A stretch of DNA of 53,659 bases, counting the filler, from Squatina squatina (taxonomy: Eukaryota): NCBI GenBank assembly GCA_031763465.1. It is 3 parts of 3 records of this genome, joined end to end, with 100 filler letters (N's around TTAATTAATTAA, not from the genome) between each part and the next. Parts side by side here need not be neighbours in the genome. Positions count along the whole stretch, not along the records: positions 1 to 21,537 come from JARFOE010946648.1; 2 more parts are not named here. The stretch is one strand, 5' to 3'. The position numbers were made by a program, and so were the translations under genes. This document shows positions 1 through 12,208 of this stretch, piece by piece. The notes under the pieces are model-generated. The model was not told where the DNA came from, did not search any database, and saw nothing but the letters and a program-made list of their open reading frames with translations. Numbering within the stretch: the first letter of the stretch is position 1; each line of letters opens with the position of its first letter.

Positions 1-299
1 AAGTTTGCAACTGGAACAATCATGTTAAGTCCCAGCACCTAAGTCTGATGGTGCTTTGAGTTGTTCAACAAACATGTCTGCAGCCTCTGTTGCTGGAGTT
101 TTCCAATTACCATACGCATTGTTTGTCTGATTGACAGGAGCTTGCAGGTTTTTCCTCACCTGCCCAGGCACAATCTGTCGTTTTAAAATCCTAAGTCCTG
201 CCCACCATTTTGTTTCTGGCCTCCCCAGTGTCCAGCATTTTGGCCCGATTCTTACAGGTGTGAATAAAGCTCTGTGCAACCGAAGCATAATTTTCTTCC

Positions 300-530
300 C
301 TTTATATTGCAGCCCGTTGCGATAAAGACCAACATTCAATAGCCTTTTTATTACCTATGCGATAGTTTTTAGAGATTTGTGTATCTGGACACCTAAATCC
401 CTGTGGTCCTCCACAGTTCTAAGTCTCTCACCATTAAGAAAATATTCTGATGACTTTCTTAGTACTAAAGTGGATGACACCACTCTTGCCCAGATTCAAC
501 TGCATCTTTCACAATTTTGCCTACTCAGTT
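300..530 (-). mobile_element. Degraded CR1 LINE RT fragment
   Basis: Reverse complement resembles the WQM..NV.KC.VIHF / DLGV region of the CR1 copies at 3530-3760; boundaries approximate. Confidence 0.6.
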
Positions 531-608
531 GTCTCAAAGTAATACACCTATAGGTGCTGTGAGCATAACGTTACATGACAGGGCCACCTAACGGGGATAA
601 AATTTCAT

Positions 609-1102
609 GGGGTTGAAATTGGGTGCCTTTGCACCTCCTGTGAGTGCCCACAGGTTGGCGCTAACAGTTTGCAAATTGTTTTGCAATCGAGTGCGGTGAT
701 GGCATCGACCCCGCCATATTCGGCGGGAGGTTTACAGTGGTGTTATGGCGTTGCGCCCTGATCTCCTTCACCCGTAGATCATGATGTCAGCATCGTACAC
801 ATCGACCCGGATGTGCCCTGGATCCAAAATTGCCTTCCAACCCCTGCAGCAGCGCCGGGCGGAAACACCACCAGCTGCAGGAGGGGTGCATTGGGCAAGG
901 TGAGGTGGCCAATATAAGGAAAAAGTAAGTATCTTTTCTCTTCCAGCTGTTTTCGCGGGTTCCCGCCCACGATCGATCAGCACAACATTCTGCTTGAGTG
1001 CCAGGCTTTTTTTAAAAGGTTGAAATTGTTAGTGCCTGGTGCTAACTTTTCAAACTTTCAAAAGTTAACACCCCAAACTGGTCAACAGTGAATTTCTCCC
1101 CC
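609..1102. mobile_element. PIF/Harbinger-type MITE
   Basis: TIRs GGGGTTGAAATT (609) and AATTTCTCCCCC (1091-1102) match at 10/12; 3-bp duplication CAT at 606-608 and 1103-1105. Confidence 0.75.
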
Positions 1103-1460
1103 CATATCTTAAGAATGACAAGGGACCAAAGCTGGCCCCTCCCTGTCTGAAGATTAAGACAGGTCTACTTCACCCTGAGCTCTCCTCAATTTTCAAGCAT
1201 GTTAGATTTTGCAAAGAAAGCATTAATTGAGTTATGCCAGCTGCCAATGACCTGTGGCACCATTCATAAGGGAGACGTTTAGCTGAGCATAATGTCCAAT
1301 GAATCCTGCCATCATGAGCCCCTTTGGTAGCAAACTCAAATCATTCTCCTGCAAACATGTAGTTCTCCTTTGCAAACCTCAAGGCGCCCACTTGGAAAAC
1401 ATTCTGCTGCTGGTTCTTGCTGGCATTCCCACACCTGGGCTCTAATCAACCTAAATAGCT

Positions 1461-1598
1461 CAGAGGGTTGTAGGGCTGGAGAAGGTTACAGAGATAGTGA
1501 AATGTGAGGCCATGGAAGGATTTGAAAACAAGGATGAGAATTTTAATATCAAGGCATTGCTTAACTGGGAGCAAATGTAGGTCAGTGAGAAGTGGGAT
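1461..1598 (-). mobile_element. L2 LINE fragment (3'-side part of a copy split by CR1)
   Basis: Reverse complement matches the L2 copy at about 11005-11140 (LTDLHWLP region). Confidence 0.8.
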
Positions 1599-1599
1599 T

Positions 1600-2757
1600 C
1601 ATTAAGTTTGAAAGTGATGTTGTTCAATCCGAAACTAGGGTCTTAAATCGAAACAAAGGAAACGGCAAAGGTATGAGGCGTGAGTTGGCTGTGGTTGATT
1701 GGAGGACTAGACGAAAGGGTTTGATGGTAGACAAGCAATGGCTAGCATTCAAAGAATTAATACATAATTTGCAGCAAATATATATTCCTTTAAAACACAA
1801 AAACACAACAAGAAATGTGGTCCAACTGTGGCCAACAAGTGAAATTAAAGGTAGTATTAAATCAAAAGAAGAAGCTTATAAAGTTGGCAGAAAAAGCAGT
1901 AAGCCCGAGGAGTGGGAGCATTTGAAAATTCAACAAAGGAGGACCAAGAAATTGATAAAGAAAGAGAAAATAGAATATGAGAGTAAACTAGCAAGAAACA
2001 CACAAATGGACTGTAAAAGCTTCTATAAGTATGTAAAAAGGAAAAGCCCAGTGAAGGCAAATGTGGGTCCCTTCCAGATAGAGACAGGAGAATTAATAAT
2101 GGGGAATAAGGAAATGGCAGTGAAATTAAACAAATACTTTTTGTCTGTCTTCACGGAAGAAGACACAAAAAATCTCCCAGAAATATGAAAGAACCAAGGG
2201 TCTGGCGAGAATGAGGAACTGAAAGAAATCAGTATCAGTAAAAAAACATACCAGAGAAAATAATGGGACTGAAAGTCAATAAATCCCAAGGACCTGATGA
2301 TGTGCATCCCAGGGTTTTGAAAGAGGTGGCTATCGAGATAGTGGATGCATTAGTTGTCATCTTCCAAAACTCCATAGATTCAAGAACGGTTCCTGCAGAT
2401 TGGAGGGGAGCAAATGTAACCCCACTATTTAAAAAAGGAGGGAGAGAGAAAACAGGGAACTACAGACCTATTAGCCTGACATCAGTAGTAGGGAAAATGC
2501 TAGAATCTATCATAAAGGATGTGATAACAGGACACTTAGAAAATAATATGATTGGGCAGAGTCAACATGGATTTATGAAAGGGAAATCATGTTTGACAAA
2601 CCTATTGGAGTTCTTTGAGGATGTAACAAGTAGAATAGATAAGAGAGAAGCATGGATGGTGTATTTGGATTTTCAGAAGGCTTTCGATAAGGTCCCACAC
2701 AGGAGTTTGATGAACAAATTTAGAGAGCACGGAATTGGGAGTAACATACTGGCATGG
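1600..2757 (+). mobile_element. CR1 LINE copy A, part 1 (ORF2, frameshifted)
   Basis: KSQGPDDVHPRVLKE, VPADWRGANVTPLFKKG, NYRPISLTSVVGK, QHGFMKGKSCLTNL, VYLDFQKAFDKVPH. Confidence 0.95.
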
Positions 2758-4366
2758 TGCTGGAAAAATTAATGGGATGGAAAGCTGATAAATCCCCAGG
2801 GCCTGATAATCTACATCCCAGAGTACTAAAAATGGTAGCCATGGAAATAGTGAATGCATTGGTTGTCATCTTCCAAAATTCTATAGATTCTGGGACAGGT
2901 CCTGCTGATTGGAGGATGGCAAATGTAACTATTTAAAAAGGGAGGGAGAGAGAAAACAGGGAATTACAGACCAGTTAGCCTAACATCAGTACTTGGAAAA
3001 ATGTTAGAATCTACTATAATGGATGTAATAACTGGACACTTGGAAAGTATCAACAGGATTAGACAAAGCCAACATGGATTTATGAAAGAAGTCATGTTTG
3101 ACAAACCGACTTGAATTTTTTGAGGATGTAGCTAGTAGAATAGGTAAGGGAGAACCAGTGGATATGGTGTATTTGGATTTTCAGAAGGCTTTTGATAAAT
3201 TCCCACACAAAAGGTTACTATGCAAAATTAAAGCACATGGGATTGGGGGTAATATACTGGCATGGATTGAGAACTGTCTAACAGACAGGAAACAGAGAGT
3301 GGGAATAAATGGGTCTTTTTCAGGGTGGTAGGCGGTGACTCGTGGGGTACAACAGGGATCAGTGCTTGGGCCCCAGCTATTCACAATATAAATAAATGAC
3401 TTGGATGAGGGAACCAAATGCAACATTTCCAAATTTGCTGATGACACAAAACTGGGTGGGAATGTGAGTTGTGAGGAGGATGCAAAGAGGCTTCAAGGCG
3501 ATTTAGACAAGTTGAGTGAGTGGGCAAACACATGGCAGATGCAGTATAACGTGGAAAAATGTGAAGTTATCCACTTGCTTGTGAAAACCAGAAAGGCAGA
3601 GTATTATTTAAATGGTAGTATACTGGGAAATGTTGATGTCCAAAGGGACCTGGATTCCTTGGACACCAGTTAATGAAAGCAAACAGGCAAGTGCAGCCAG
3701 CAGTTCAGAAGACAAATGGTATGTTGACCTTCATTGCAAGAGGATTTGAGTACAGAAGTAAGGATGTCTTGCTGCAATTATATACGGCCTTGGTGAGACC
3801 ATACCTGGAGTATTGTATGCAGTATTGGTCTCCCTACTTAAGAAAGGATATACTTGCCATAGAGGAAGTGCAGAGAAGATTCTCCAGACAGATACTTGGG
3901 ATGGCAGGACTGTCGTTTAGGAGAGATTGGGTCGACTGGGCCTGTATTCACTAGAGTTTAGAAGAATGAGAGGGGTTCTGATTGAAACATACAAAATTCT
4001 GACAGAGCTAGACCAACTCGATGCAGGGAGGATGTTTCCCCTAGTTGGGGAGTCTAGAACCAGGGGGCACAGTCTCAGGATACGGGATAACTCATTTAGG
4101 ACTGTGATGAGGAAAGATTTCTTCACACAGAGGGTCGTGAATCGATGGAATTCTCTACTGCAGAGGGCTGTGGATGCCGGATCACTGACTGTATTTACGA
4201 GGGAGACAGATAGATTTTTAGACCCTAAAGACATCAAGGGTATGGGAAGAAAGTGGGAATTTGGCGATGAGATAGAGGACCAGCTATGATCGTATTGAAT
4301 GGCAGAACTGGTTTGAAGGGCTGAATGGCCTACTCCTGCTTCTATTTCCTATGTTTCTATGCTTCT
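2758..4366 (+). mobile_element. CR1 LINE copy B, 5'-truncated, inserted into copy A
   Basis: Restarts at KSPGPDNLHPRV; RT motif KFADDTK; 3' UTR with TTTCTATG-like tail; ATGG at both junctions (2754-2757, 4367-4370). Confidence 0.92.
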
Positions 4367-4853
4367 ATGGATTAAGAATTTGTTATCAGACAGAACACAG
4401 AGACTAGGAGTAAACAGGTCTGTTTCAGGATGGCAGGCTGTGACTGGTAGGGTACCACCAGTGCTTGGGCCCCAACTATTCACAATGTATATCAATGAGG
4501 GGACCAAATGTAATATTTCCGAGTTTGCAGGTGACACAAAATTAGGTGGGAATATGAGATGTAAGGAGGGTGCAAACAGGCTTCAGGGGACATAGACAGG
4601 CTAAACAAGTGTCCAAGAACATGGCAGATGGAATATAATGTGGGAAAATGAGAATTTATCCACTTTGGATGAAAAAACAGAATTGTAGATTATTTCTTAA
4701 ATGGTGAGAGATTGGGAAATGTTGATGTTCAAAGGGACCTAGTTATACTTGTACATGAATCACTTAAAGCTAACATGCAGATGCAGCAAGCAATTGGGAA
4801 GGCAAATGGTATGTTGGCCATTCTTGCAAGAGGATTTCAGTAGAGGAGTAAAG
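4367..4853 (+). mobile_element. CR1 copy A, part 2
   Basis: Resumes at ILAW|IKNLLSDRTQR, continuing part 1. Confidence 0.9.
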
Positions 4854-5490
4854 GGGTCCGAAATTGGCCTTAGGTAGCACCCCAATATCACCTCTGAGGG
4901 GTGTTAATAGGGCGTTATTAAAAAAAATGACATTCGGAAGTGGCTATCTCGCCTCCCCCGAAATTACCTGGGGTGCAAAGGCCTTTGCACCTGGCCAGCC
5001 GAATTTTACAGCTGGTCGGCGCGTGATGTCATCAAGGTGCCCGCCGACCCGCACCATGCAGCCGCAAAGTCTTCGCCGCTCCATTTGCATCCCTTGGGGA
5101 AATTCGCTTGCGGGAGGCGGCTGCAGCAATGGGTAGTTGCAGTGACAGGAAAATCTGTGGCTGCAACAAGCCCCTAAAACGAGAGGCCATCTGTGCCTCC
5201 GGCCGCCATTTTTAAAATCTGAAGCTGACTTCCTAGTCCACTGATAAATGGCAGCCCTCGTCCGGATTGGGCCACCATCGGCTTGTCTGGCACACCGGCT
5301 GGCATGCCAGGTTTGAGGCCCAGTCGCTGGCCGCCCTGGAGGCCTAGGGTAGCGCCTTTCAGGATGGCCGACGGCCCTCCCCTTTAAGTACCGAATACCC
5401 GGACGGCTGGGGCGGGACGGCCGCCAGTGAGGAAATGGCGGCTCCCGCCCCGTACGCGTTTCCAGCACAGCAGGAGCCAATTTCAGCCCC
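4854..5490. mobile_element. PIF/Harbinger-type MITE inserted in CR1 copy A
   Basis: TIRs GGGTCCGAAATTGGC and GCCAATTTCAGCCCC match at 13/15; AAG duplicated (4851-4853, 5491-5493); removal restores CR1 AGGAGTAAAGATGTCTT. Confidence 0.9.
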
Positions 5491-6092
5491 AAGATGTCTT
5501 ATTGCAATTATATAGGGCTTTGGTGAGACCACACCTGGAGTATTGTGTACAGTTTTGGTCTCCTTACCTAAGGAAGTATATACTTGCCATCGAGGGAGTG
5601 CAACGAAGGTTCACCAGACTAATTCCTGGGATGGCTGGATTGTCATATGAGGAGAGATTGAGTAGAGTAGGACTGTAGCCTCCAGAGGTTAGAAGAATGA
5701 GAGGCGATCTCATTGAAATATATAATATTCTTACAGGGCTTGACAGGGAAGATGCAGGGAGGAGGTTTCCACTGGCTGGCCAATCTAGAACGAGGGGTCA
5801 CAGTCTCAGAATAAGGGGTCGGCCATTTAGGACTGAGTTGAGGAGAAATGTCTTCACTCAGAGGGTAGTGAATCTTTGGATTTCTCTATCCCAGAGGGCT
5901 GTGGAAGCTCAGTCCTTGAGTACATTCAAAACAGAGATTGATAGATTTCTAAATATTAAGGGCAACAAGGGATTTGGGGATAGTGCAGGAAAATGGCGTT
6001 GAGGTAGGAGATCACCCATGATCTTATTGAATGGCGGAACAGGCTCGAGGGGCCGAATGGCCTACTCCTGCTCCTATTTCTTATGCTCTTAC
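5491..6092 (+). mobile_element. CR1 copy A, part 3 (3' end)
   Basis: LYRALVRPHLEYCVQFWSPYL...FTQRVVNLW, followed by 3' UTR and tail. Confidence 0.92.
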
Positions 6093-6190
6093 GAATGGGA
6101 CTTGGTGCGAGTCAGGACATGGGCAGCAGAGTTTTTAATGACCAGAAGTTTATGGTGGGTGGAAGATGGGAGGCCAGCCAGCAGTGTGTT
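6093..6190 (-). mobile_element. L2 LINE fragment (continuation of 1461-1598)
   Basis: Reverse complement matches about 10905-10992 of the L2 copy, adjacent to the segment matched by 1461-1598. Confidence 0.8.
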
Positions 6191-6299
6191 TTAAATGCTC
6201 AGATATGGCAGCTTCAAAGTAGTGGATGGGACCTCCAGTGAAAACACTGTTGAAGAATCACACACCTGTGTGGTCTTTCAGCTGCATAATCTCTTCGAA

Positions 6300-6450
6300 T
6301 CTTAGAATTACACAACAGAAGGAGGCCATTTGGCCCAGTGCGCCTGTGGCAGCTCTTTCAGGAAGAGATCTAGTTAGTCCCACTCCTCGCTCATTCCCCA
6401 TATTCCTGCAATTCTTTCTGCTTCAAGTATTTATCCAATTTCCTCTTTCT
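6300..6450 (-). mobile_element. CR1-type 3' end fragment
   Basis: Similar to 17810-17945; GGAGGCCATT.GGCCC 3' motif. Confidence 0.65.
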
Positions 6451-7289
6451 CCTGAGAGGTACCATATACAGGCTCAGCACTGCCACATTTAGAGTGCTGG
6501 TGTTTTGCAGGAGCAGTGAGTGCTTGGCAACACAGGAAAATTTGGGGGGATGGGGGTCACTTGGCCATGCACTCTTGCAGCGGGATGCACTTGCAGTGAC
6601 CTGTTCAGATCCACAGAGGTTTCATGGGAGGGAAATCGCGGTGGCCCTTTAAAGGTGCAGAGTTTCGTTAGCGAGCTCCTCCATTTCATTTGACTTGCCA
6701 GACTGCCTCCACACTGTCAGGGAATGGACAGTGTTTTTCACGGTAACTCTGCAGTGCCTCCAACTGACTATTACTCTTCCGCCTTGGTGAGCAGAACTAA
6801 ACCACAATACTCAAGGGCCAGTCTGACCAGGGGATTGTACAGAAGTAACATGACATCTTCCAATGTTTTATACTCAACTGACCAAGCAATATAATTAAGC
6901 ATTTTGCATTGCTTTGTTTATTGCTGCTCCACAGTGATTTGACATATTACCAGACTCCAGTTTCCTTTCTGCTTCACATTTGCTCACTTAAAATTGGGGC
7001 TTACAATGAGAAATGCTGTGTTAGTTTGACTGAAACACTTTACAGTACAGCCCTGAGTGGGTATCCAGACTTGTGGTCGTCTGCTGCATGTTCCATATCA
7101 GTGGAGGAGTGATGTGATATCCTGGAAGCCCATGAGGTGCTGTGGTGTTAATGGAGCTGAGTGTTCGGCCCATATTGGATGGAATAGCCTTCATGCTCTG
7201 CGCGAACTGGACTCTTCCTTGCGCTGTGCTTTGTACGCAAGCTCGCTGGCAGGCTGCTCAGTGCACTTCGGAGCTGATATTGAGCGACT

Positions 7290-7445
7290 GTAACATCCCA
7301 TTAGAGCCTCCGTGGGGCACTAATGGTACGTTAAAAAAAATTGTCTCGTAAGGCGGCCATCTCGTATCCTGGGAAATTAAAGGCAAAGGCCTTTACGCCG
7401 GCCCAGCTGAATTTCGTGGCGGGTTGGCGCCTGTTTTGATGGAGT
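7290..7445 (+). mobile_element. Fragment of the MITE family at 4854-5490
   Basis: Aligns to 4880-5020 (TTAAAAAAAAT..GGC.ATCTCG..GAAATTA..GCAAAGGCCTTT). Confidence 0.7.
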
Positions 7446-7446
7446 T

Positions 7447-7750
7447 ATGTTCATCCCCACAAGTGGAAACATTCTCTCTGTATCCACTTTATCAAAATAT
7501 TTCATAATTTTAAAGATCTCCATTAGGTCTCCACTCTGCCTTCTTTTTACAAGAGAAAAGAGACCCAGCCTGTTCATCCTTTCCTGTTATGTACACCCTC
7601 ATATTTCTGGTATCATCATTGTAAATTTTCTCTGCACTCTCTCCAGTGTCTCTATATCCTTTTTATAATATGGTGACCAGAACTGTACACGGTGCTCCAA
7701 GTGTGGCCGAACCAAGGAAGTTAGCATAACTTCCCTACTTATAAATTCTA
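7447..7750 (-). mobile_element. CR1 fragment
   Basis: RLGLFSLVKRR..GDLMEIFKIMK..RMFPLVG. Confidence 0.85.
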
Positions 7751-8195
7751 TGGGTGCCCGATTGGTCTCCCAGTGCAGGCGCAGACTGGGCGCAGCATGG
7801 GCAAAGGTCGATTAGCGTAGAGTTCCTCCCACACAGAATTAATATTGGAGTTGTGGCGGTGACAGATTGGCGCTTGGTGCAGAGCACCGGGGGCATGGAG
7901 TCCATGACATCATCAGCCTTTGAGCCGCCCAAAATGCCCATCACGTCAGGAATTCAGTTGCACGAATAACTTAAAAAGTCGGCGGTGCCCACGCCAAGTT
8001 TTACTGGCATGGACACACGCCATCTTGTTGAACATGGCGCGAGTTAAAGGGCTAGGTGGGTCAGCCATGTTGCTTACAAAATATTAATTGCTGAATGTGT
8101 GGAAGCAGTGATTGCCAGTCAGGAGCATTAATCGCACATTGATCGTTGGATCTTGCTGAGCACTGCATTGCTCTGGAGAAGTGCACAAATCGGAA

Positions 8196-9125
8196 ATGGG
8201 CGCTGCTTTGGCGGTGAATCTGGAACTCCACCAACATCACATGATTTACCTCAGGCAGAGGCATTGGCTACGTTTGTGGCAGAGGGAGATGAGGCGCATC
8301 CAAAATGAGGTGAGGGAGGAGGCACCACCTGGAGACAATGCACAGGCTGACCAAGCACAACAGTTGCCAGAGCCACCAGAACCAATGGTGGCACAGCCCA
8401 GGCAGTTTGAGCATCCTCCTAGAGGTCGGCGAGGAGGGGGACATAGAAGAAGGTATGTTCACAGAGTCTTCCGACAGCAGTACAGTTATCTGGAAAGGAC
8501 AAATGAACAATGTCTTAGAAGACTCCGCTTCAGGAAAGACGTTATAACCGACCTATGCCAAGTGCTTCAGGCTGACCTGTAGCCTCAGAGCAGGGCTTCC
8601 ACGGCTCTATCTGTGACAGTGAAAGTAACTGTTGCCCTCAACTTTTTTGCAAATGGATGTTTTGAAGGCACCACTCGTGGCATTTCCAACACCTCCCACT
8701 ATGCTGTGCATTGTTCCATTAGACAGGTCACCAAGGCTCTGTCCAGAAAGAGGAGGCAGTACATCTCATACCCTTATACCCGTCAGGATCAGAAAGAGCG
8801 AGCTCTGGGGTTTGCCAATATTGTGGGGTTCCCCAAGGTGCAGGGTGCAATTGGTTGCAATCGCATAGCCCTCCGAGCACCCCTGCATAATCCAGAGCTT
8901 TTCCGCAATAGGAAGGGCTACCATTCGCTCAATGTCCAACTCTTATGCACCCACAACAGGAAGTTCCTTCCCATCAATGTCAAATTACCCTGGCAGCACT
9001 CACAATGTGTTCATCATGAAGCAAAGAGGCATGCCTGAGATGTTCCAAACTCCCTGCTCCATGCAAGGCTGGCTCATCAAAGACAAAGGGCATGCAGAAG
9101 AAACATGACTGCTGACACCATTGCG
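8196..9125 (+). pseudogene. Harbinger (HARBI1-like) DDE transposase, disrupted
   Basis: CLRRLRFRKD, VALNFFANG, GFPKVQGAIGCNRI, NRKGYHSLNVQ, PGSTH, WLI.DKG; in-frame TAG at 8580-8582, frameshift near 8985, C-terminus missing. Confidence 0.9.
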
Positions 9126-9129
9126 AAAT

Positions 9130-10664
9130 CCCACTGCCCCCTTCTGTGCAAACTTATCTCCCTTTTTTTGGTAGCTACTCCATTGCTTCACCTCAGTGGG
9201 GATAGTGTGGGTGCAGCACAGCTGGGACCAGGCTGCTGTGAGTCAGGAGATAGGACAGCAGATGGCCCTTTGGGGTGCCCTCGGGGAGCTTTGCCCCTGG
9301 ATGGGTCAGCGGCAGCCTTGCGAGCTAGAGGGGTTGGTGCAACAGGCTGGGTAATGGCGCTCACATGCATGAGAGGCGTCAATGACGGAGTGCCGCTGGC
9401 ACCAGCAGAAATGCTGCCATGCTGAAGCAGGGCAGCAGCATCGTGCTGGGGGGACTCAGTGACATTCCTCTGGGGCAGCAATCTGGGGGAGCTTAGCCTG
9501 CTGTAATGATGTTGCGCCATGGTGCCACCGGCCTCCCATGAAGGACCCAGTTGCGATGGCTGCAGTCAGTGCTCGCGTGCCTTCCAGCTGATACTGCTGG
9601 ATAGCATTATCCTCACGGATGCCAGCGGCCACTTCCCGCATGGCATTAGCAACCCCTTGCAGCACCTCATTTTAAGTCTGGCTGAGAGCACACTCAGCAT
9701 GAGTGCTTGCAACCAGTGCTTTCTTTGCACCAGCAAGTCGCTGCATTGCATCGGCCTGGGCTGCAATGGCTGATGCCACAGCGCACATGACATGTCTCAT
9801 GGAGGCTGGATCCTCACTGTTGATTTGCAAGTCTATCATGGATTGTAACCTTCCAATGATAGGCTGCAAGGCGTGCGTGGAGCTCCTCACTGCCTGTACC
9901 AGGCTCTCTGGCACCCTTGTCACTGACACTGTCATCTACACATGCATCTGAATGAGCCTTTCAATGACGGAATCTGCGCCCAGGTCCTCATCTGAGCCAA
10001 CATTAGCAGAGCTGATCGGCCTACTGCCCCTGTGGCCAGTCAACACCAGAGCTTCCCTTAGACTCACACCCTGCTGCACCTCACAGGGACCAGTGATTGA
10101 ACCAGTGTGATGGCGGGCCCTAACCTCTAAAGTGCGCGAGGTGCATGGATCTGAGCTGGCGCATGGTAAGGGAGTAAGTTATGCTGTGGTTACATTGCCT
10201 ATCTCTTTCCCCTCATACCCCTCCTCCAACTGACCCCATCGATTTCCTCCTCCCCGGTACGTCCATATGAGGTAGGAAGGTTATTGTGGGGCGACTGCAT
10301 TGTGGCTGGTCCGGGTCGGAGAGGTCACTTTCGATGAATGAGGCGCATTCTGAAAAATACAATTGGACACTAGATACAAGAGGGTAAGGTGGGGGGGATG
10401 GGAGGTGCCATGGAGACACACTTTCATCCAGCACAACAATTCCATGCATATAGAATGCAGAAAGGCGGAAGCTATAGTGATATGGAGGACAGATATCAGT
10501 TACCCATTTCTACAGGGGGAGGTGGCACCTCCCCTTGCCACAGGCATCTCCGCATCTCCACCGATGTTTGTAGCCACGTGTTGCTCGATGTCAGATAGTG
10601 GAATGATGTCTGGCCCGCCACCTGCACCTCTAAGTTGCTGGACTCTGTTCCGTGCCAACTTGCC
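9130..10664 (-). pseudogene. Harbinger Myb/SANT-like accessory gene, exons 2-3, degraded
   Basis: Exon 10664-10504 flanked by AG/GT (KLARNRVQQLRGAGGGPDIIPLSDIEQ); next acceptor at 10351-10350; acidic, Ala/Pro-rich tail; same exon layout as 18800-20200. Confidence 0.7.
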
Positions 10665-10872
10665 CTGCATATAAACGCACAACTGCATTCGGGAACAGAC
10701 CTCACAAATCTCCTCATACATGTTGCCATCAGCAAGCTGCACCATGTGTTGCCATTCTGCAGAGAGTCATGGCAGCTTTTTCAAGACATCTTGAAGTACT
10801 GGATTGGTACTTCTTCAAAAAATTCAATAAAGTTGGTCAAGCAAGACTTTCCCTTTTCAAATTCATGCTGAG

Positions 10873-11456
10873 TTACCTCTGGACTTGACTATTCCAATGC
10901 AATCCTGGCCGGCCTCCCATCTTCCAACCCCTGTAAATTTGAAGACATCCAAAACTCTACTGCCCATGTCCTAACTCGCACGAAGTCCCGTTCACCCATC
11001 ATCCCAGTTCTCACTGACCTACATTGGCTCCCAGATAAGCAGCACCTTGATTTTCATATTCTCATCCTTGTTTTCAGATCACTCCATGGCCTTTCCCCTC
11101 CCTATCTCTGGAATTTCCTCCAGCCCTACAACCCTCTGAGATATCAACTCTCCTCCATTTCTGGCCTCTTGCGTATCCCTGATGTTAGTCACTCCAACAC
11201 TGGCGGCCAAATCTTCAGCTGCCAAGGCCCTATGCTCTGGAATTTCCTCCCTGATCCTCTCTACCTCTCTTTCCTCCTTAAAGACGCTCCTGAAAACCTA
11301 CCTGTTTGACCAAGCTTTTGGTCATCTGCCCTAACATCACCTTATGTATCTTAGTGTCAAATTTTGTTTGATAACACTCCTGTGAAGCACCTTGGGACAT
11401 TTTACTCCACTAAAGGCGCTATATAATACAAGTTGTGGTTGTTGTTGTCGTTGTTG
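10873..11456 (+). mobile_element. L2 LINE 3' end with (GTT)n tail
   Basis: LDYSNAILAGLP..IQNS.A.VLTRTKSRSPI.PVL.DLHWLP; ends GGCGCTATATAATACAAGTTGT... Confidence 0.88.
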
Positions 11457-12208
11457 AAGTGTCCAAAAATCCCACTGCTCAATTGTCAAACACACAATAC
11501 AGTGAAGGCAATAATTACCAATCCATGCCCTTCTTCACCTGTTTCAGAAGAGTCAAACCATGTGAAGACATCTTGTTCCCACTCACGATTTCTGAAGGGA
11601 AAAAAATAACAAAAAGGGATCTTGTAGTGGGGATGGCAGATGTGAGATGTGGCAGAAAGTTAACAACACATTTTCTTGTAAGGCTTCAGAACTGTTGCAA
11701 ATTAAGGACCAGACCCGCATCCACTGAACAGAAATTCTGCAACAAACAAAACCAGTCTCATCAGTAGGTTATATTTAGATATATAACCATCTCAGCTGAC
11801 AAGTTTCTGGCATAGGGAATGAAAATATGACTGTGAGCATGGATTGCAAAACGTTTGATAAAATTACACAAAAGGAACATTTCAGTATTTCCTCTTTGTA
11901 ACGAAAAGGGTGGAATTTCAGGAAGGCAAAATGAGTAAAACCATAGTTTTAATGTTCTGATAATATTTCCAGCCAAATATATTTTGCTCGGTTTGCTGCA
12001 TAGTTTGAATGATTTAGCTTTAAATACATATTTAGGGAATTCTTGGAGTATTGCTGATAAGTTTATGATACAACTCGTTTAATATTCTGACTTTATTAAA
12101 GCCTCGCCCATGATCTGTGATGTAACATGCAAGAACTCGATATAAGGTTGTGCATCATTCAGTGAATTAGCTCACTTCTGTGGCTGTCTGACTGAGTTTA
12201 CTGCAATA

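Larger units (their letters stand above)
7752..10750. mobile_element. Internally deleted PIF/Harbinger transposon with convergent transposase and Myb/SANT genes
   Basis: TIR-like left end GGGTGCCCGATTGG, GC-rich subterminal region and two convergent genes; right end not seen. Confidence 0.8.

Noticed and set aside
4944-5492. 182-aa minus-strand ORF
   Set aside because: Lies within a GC-rich MITE and has no recognisable domain
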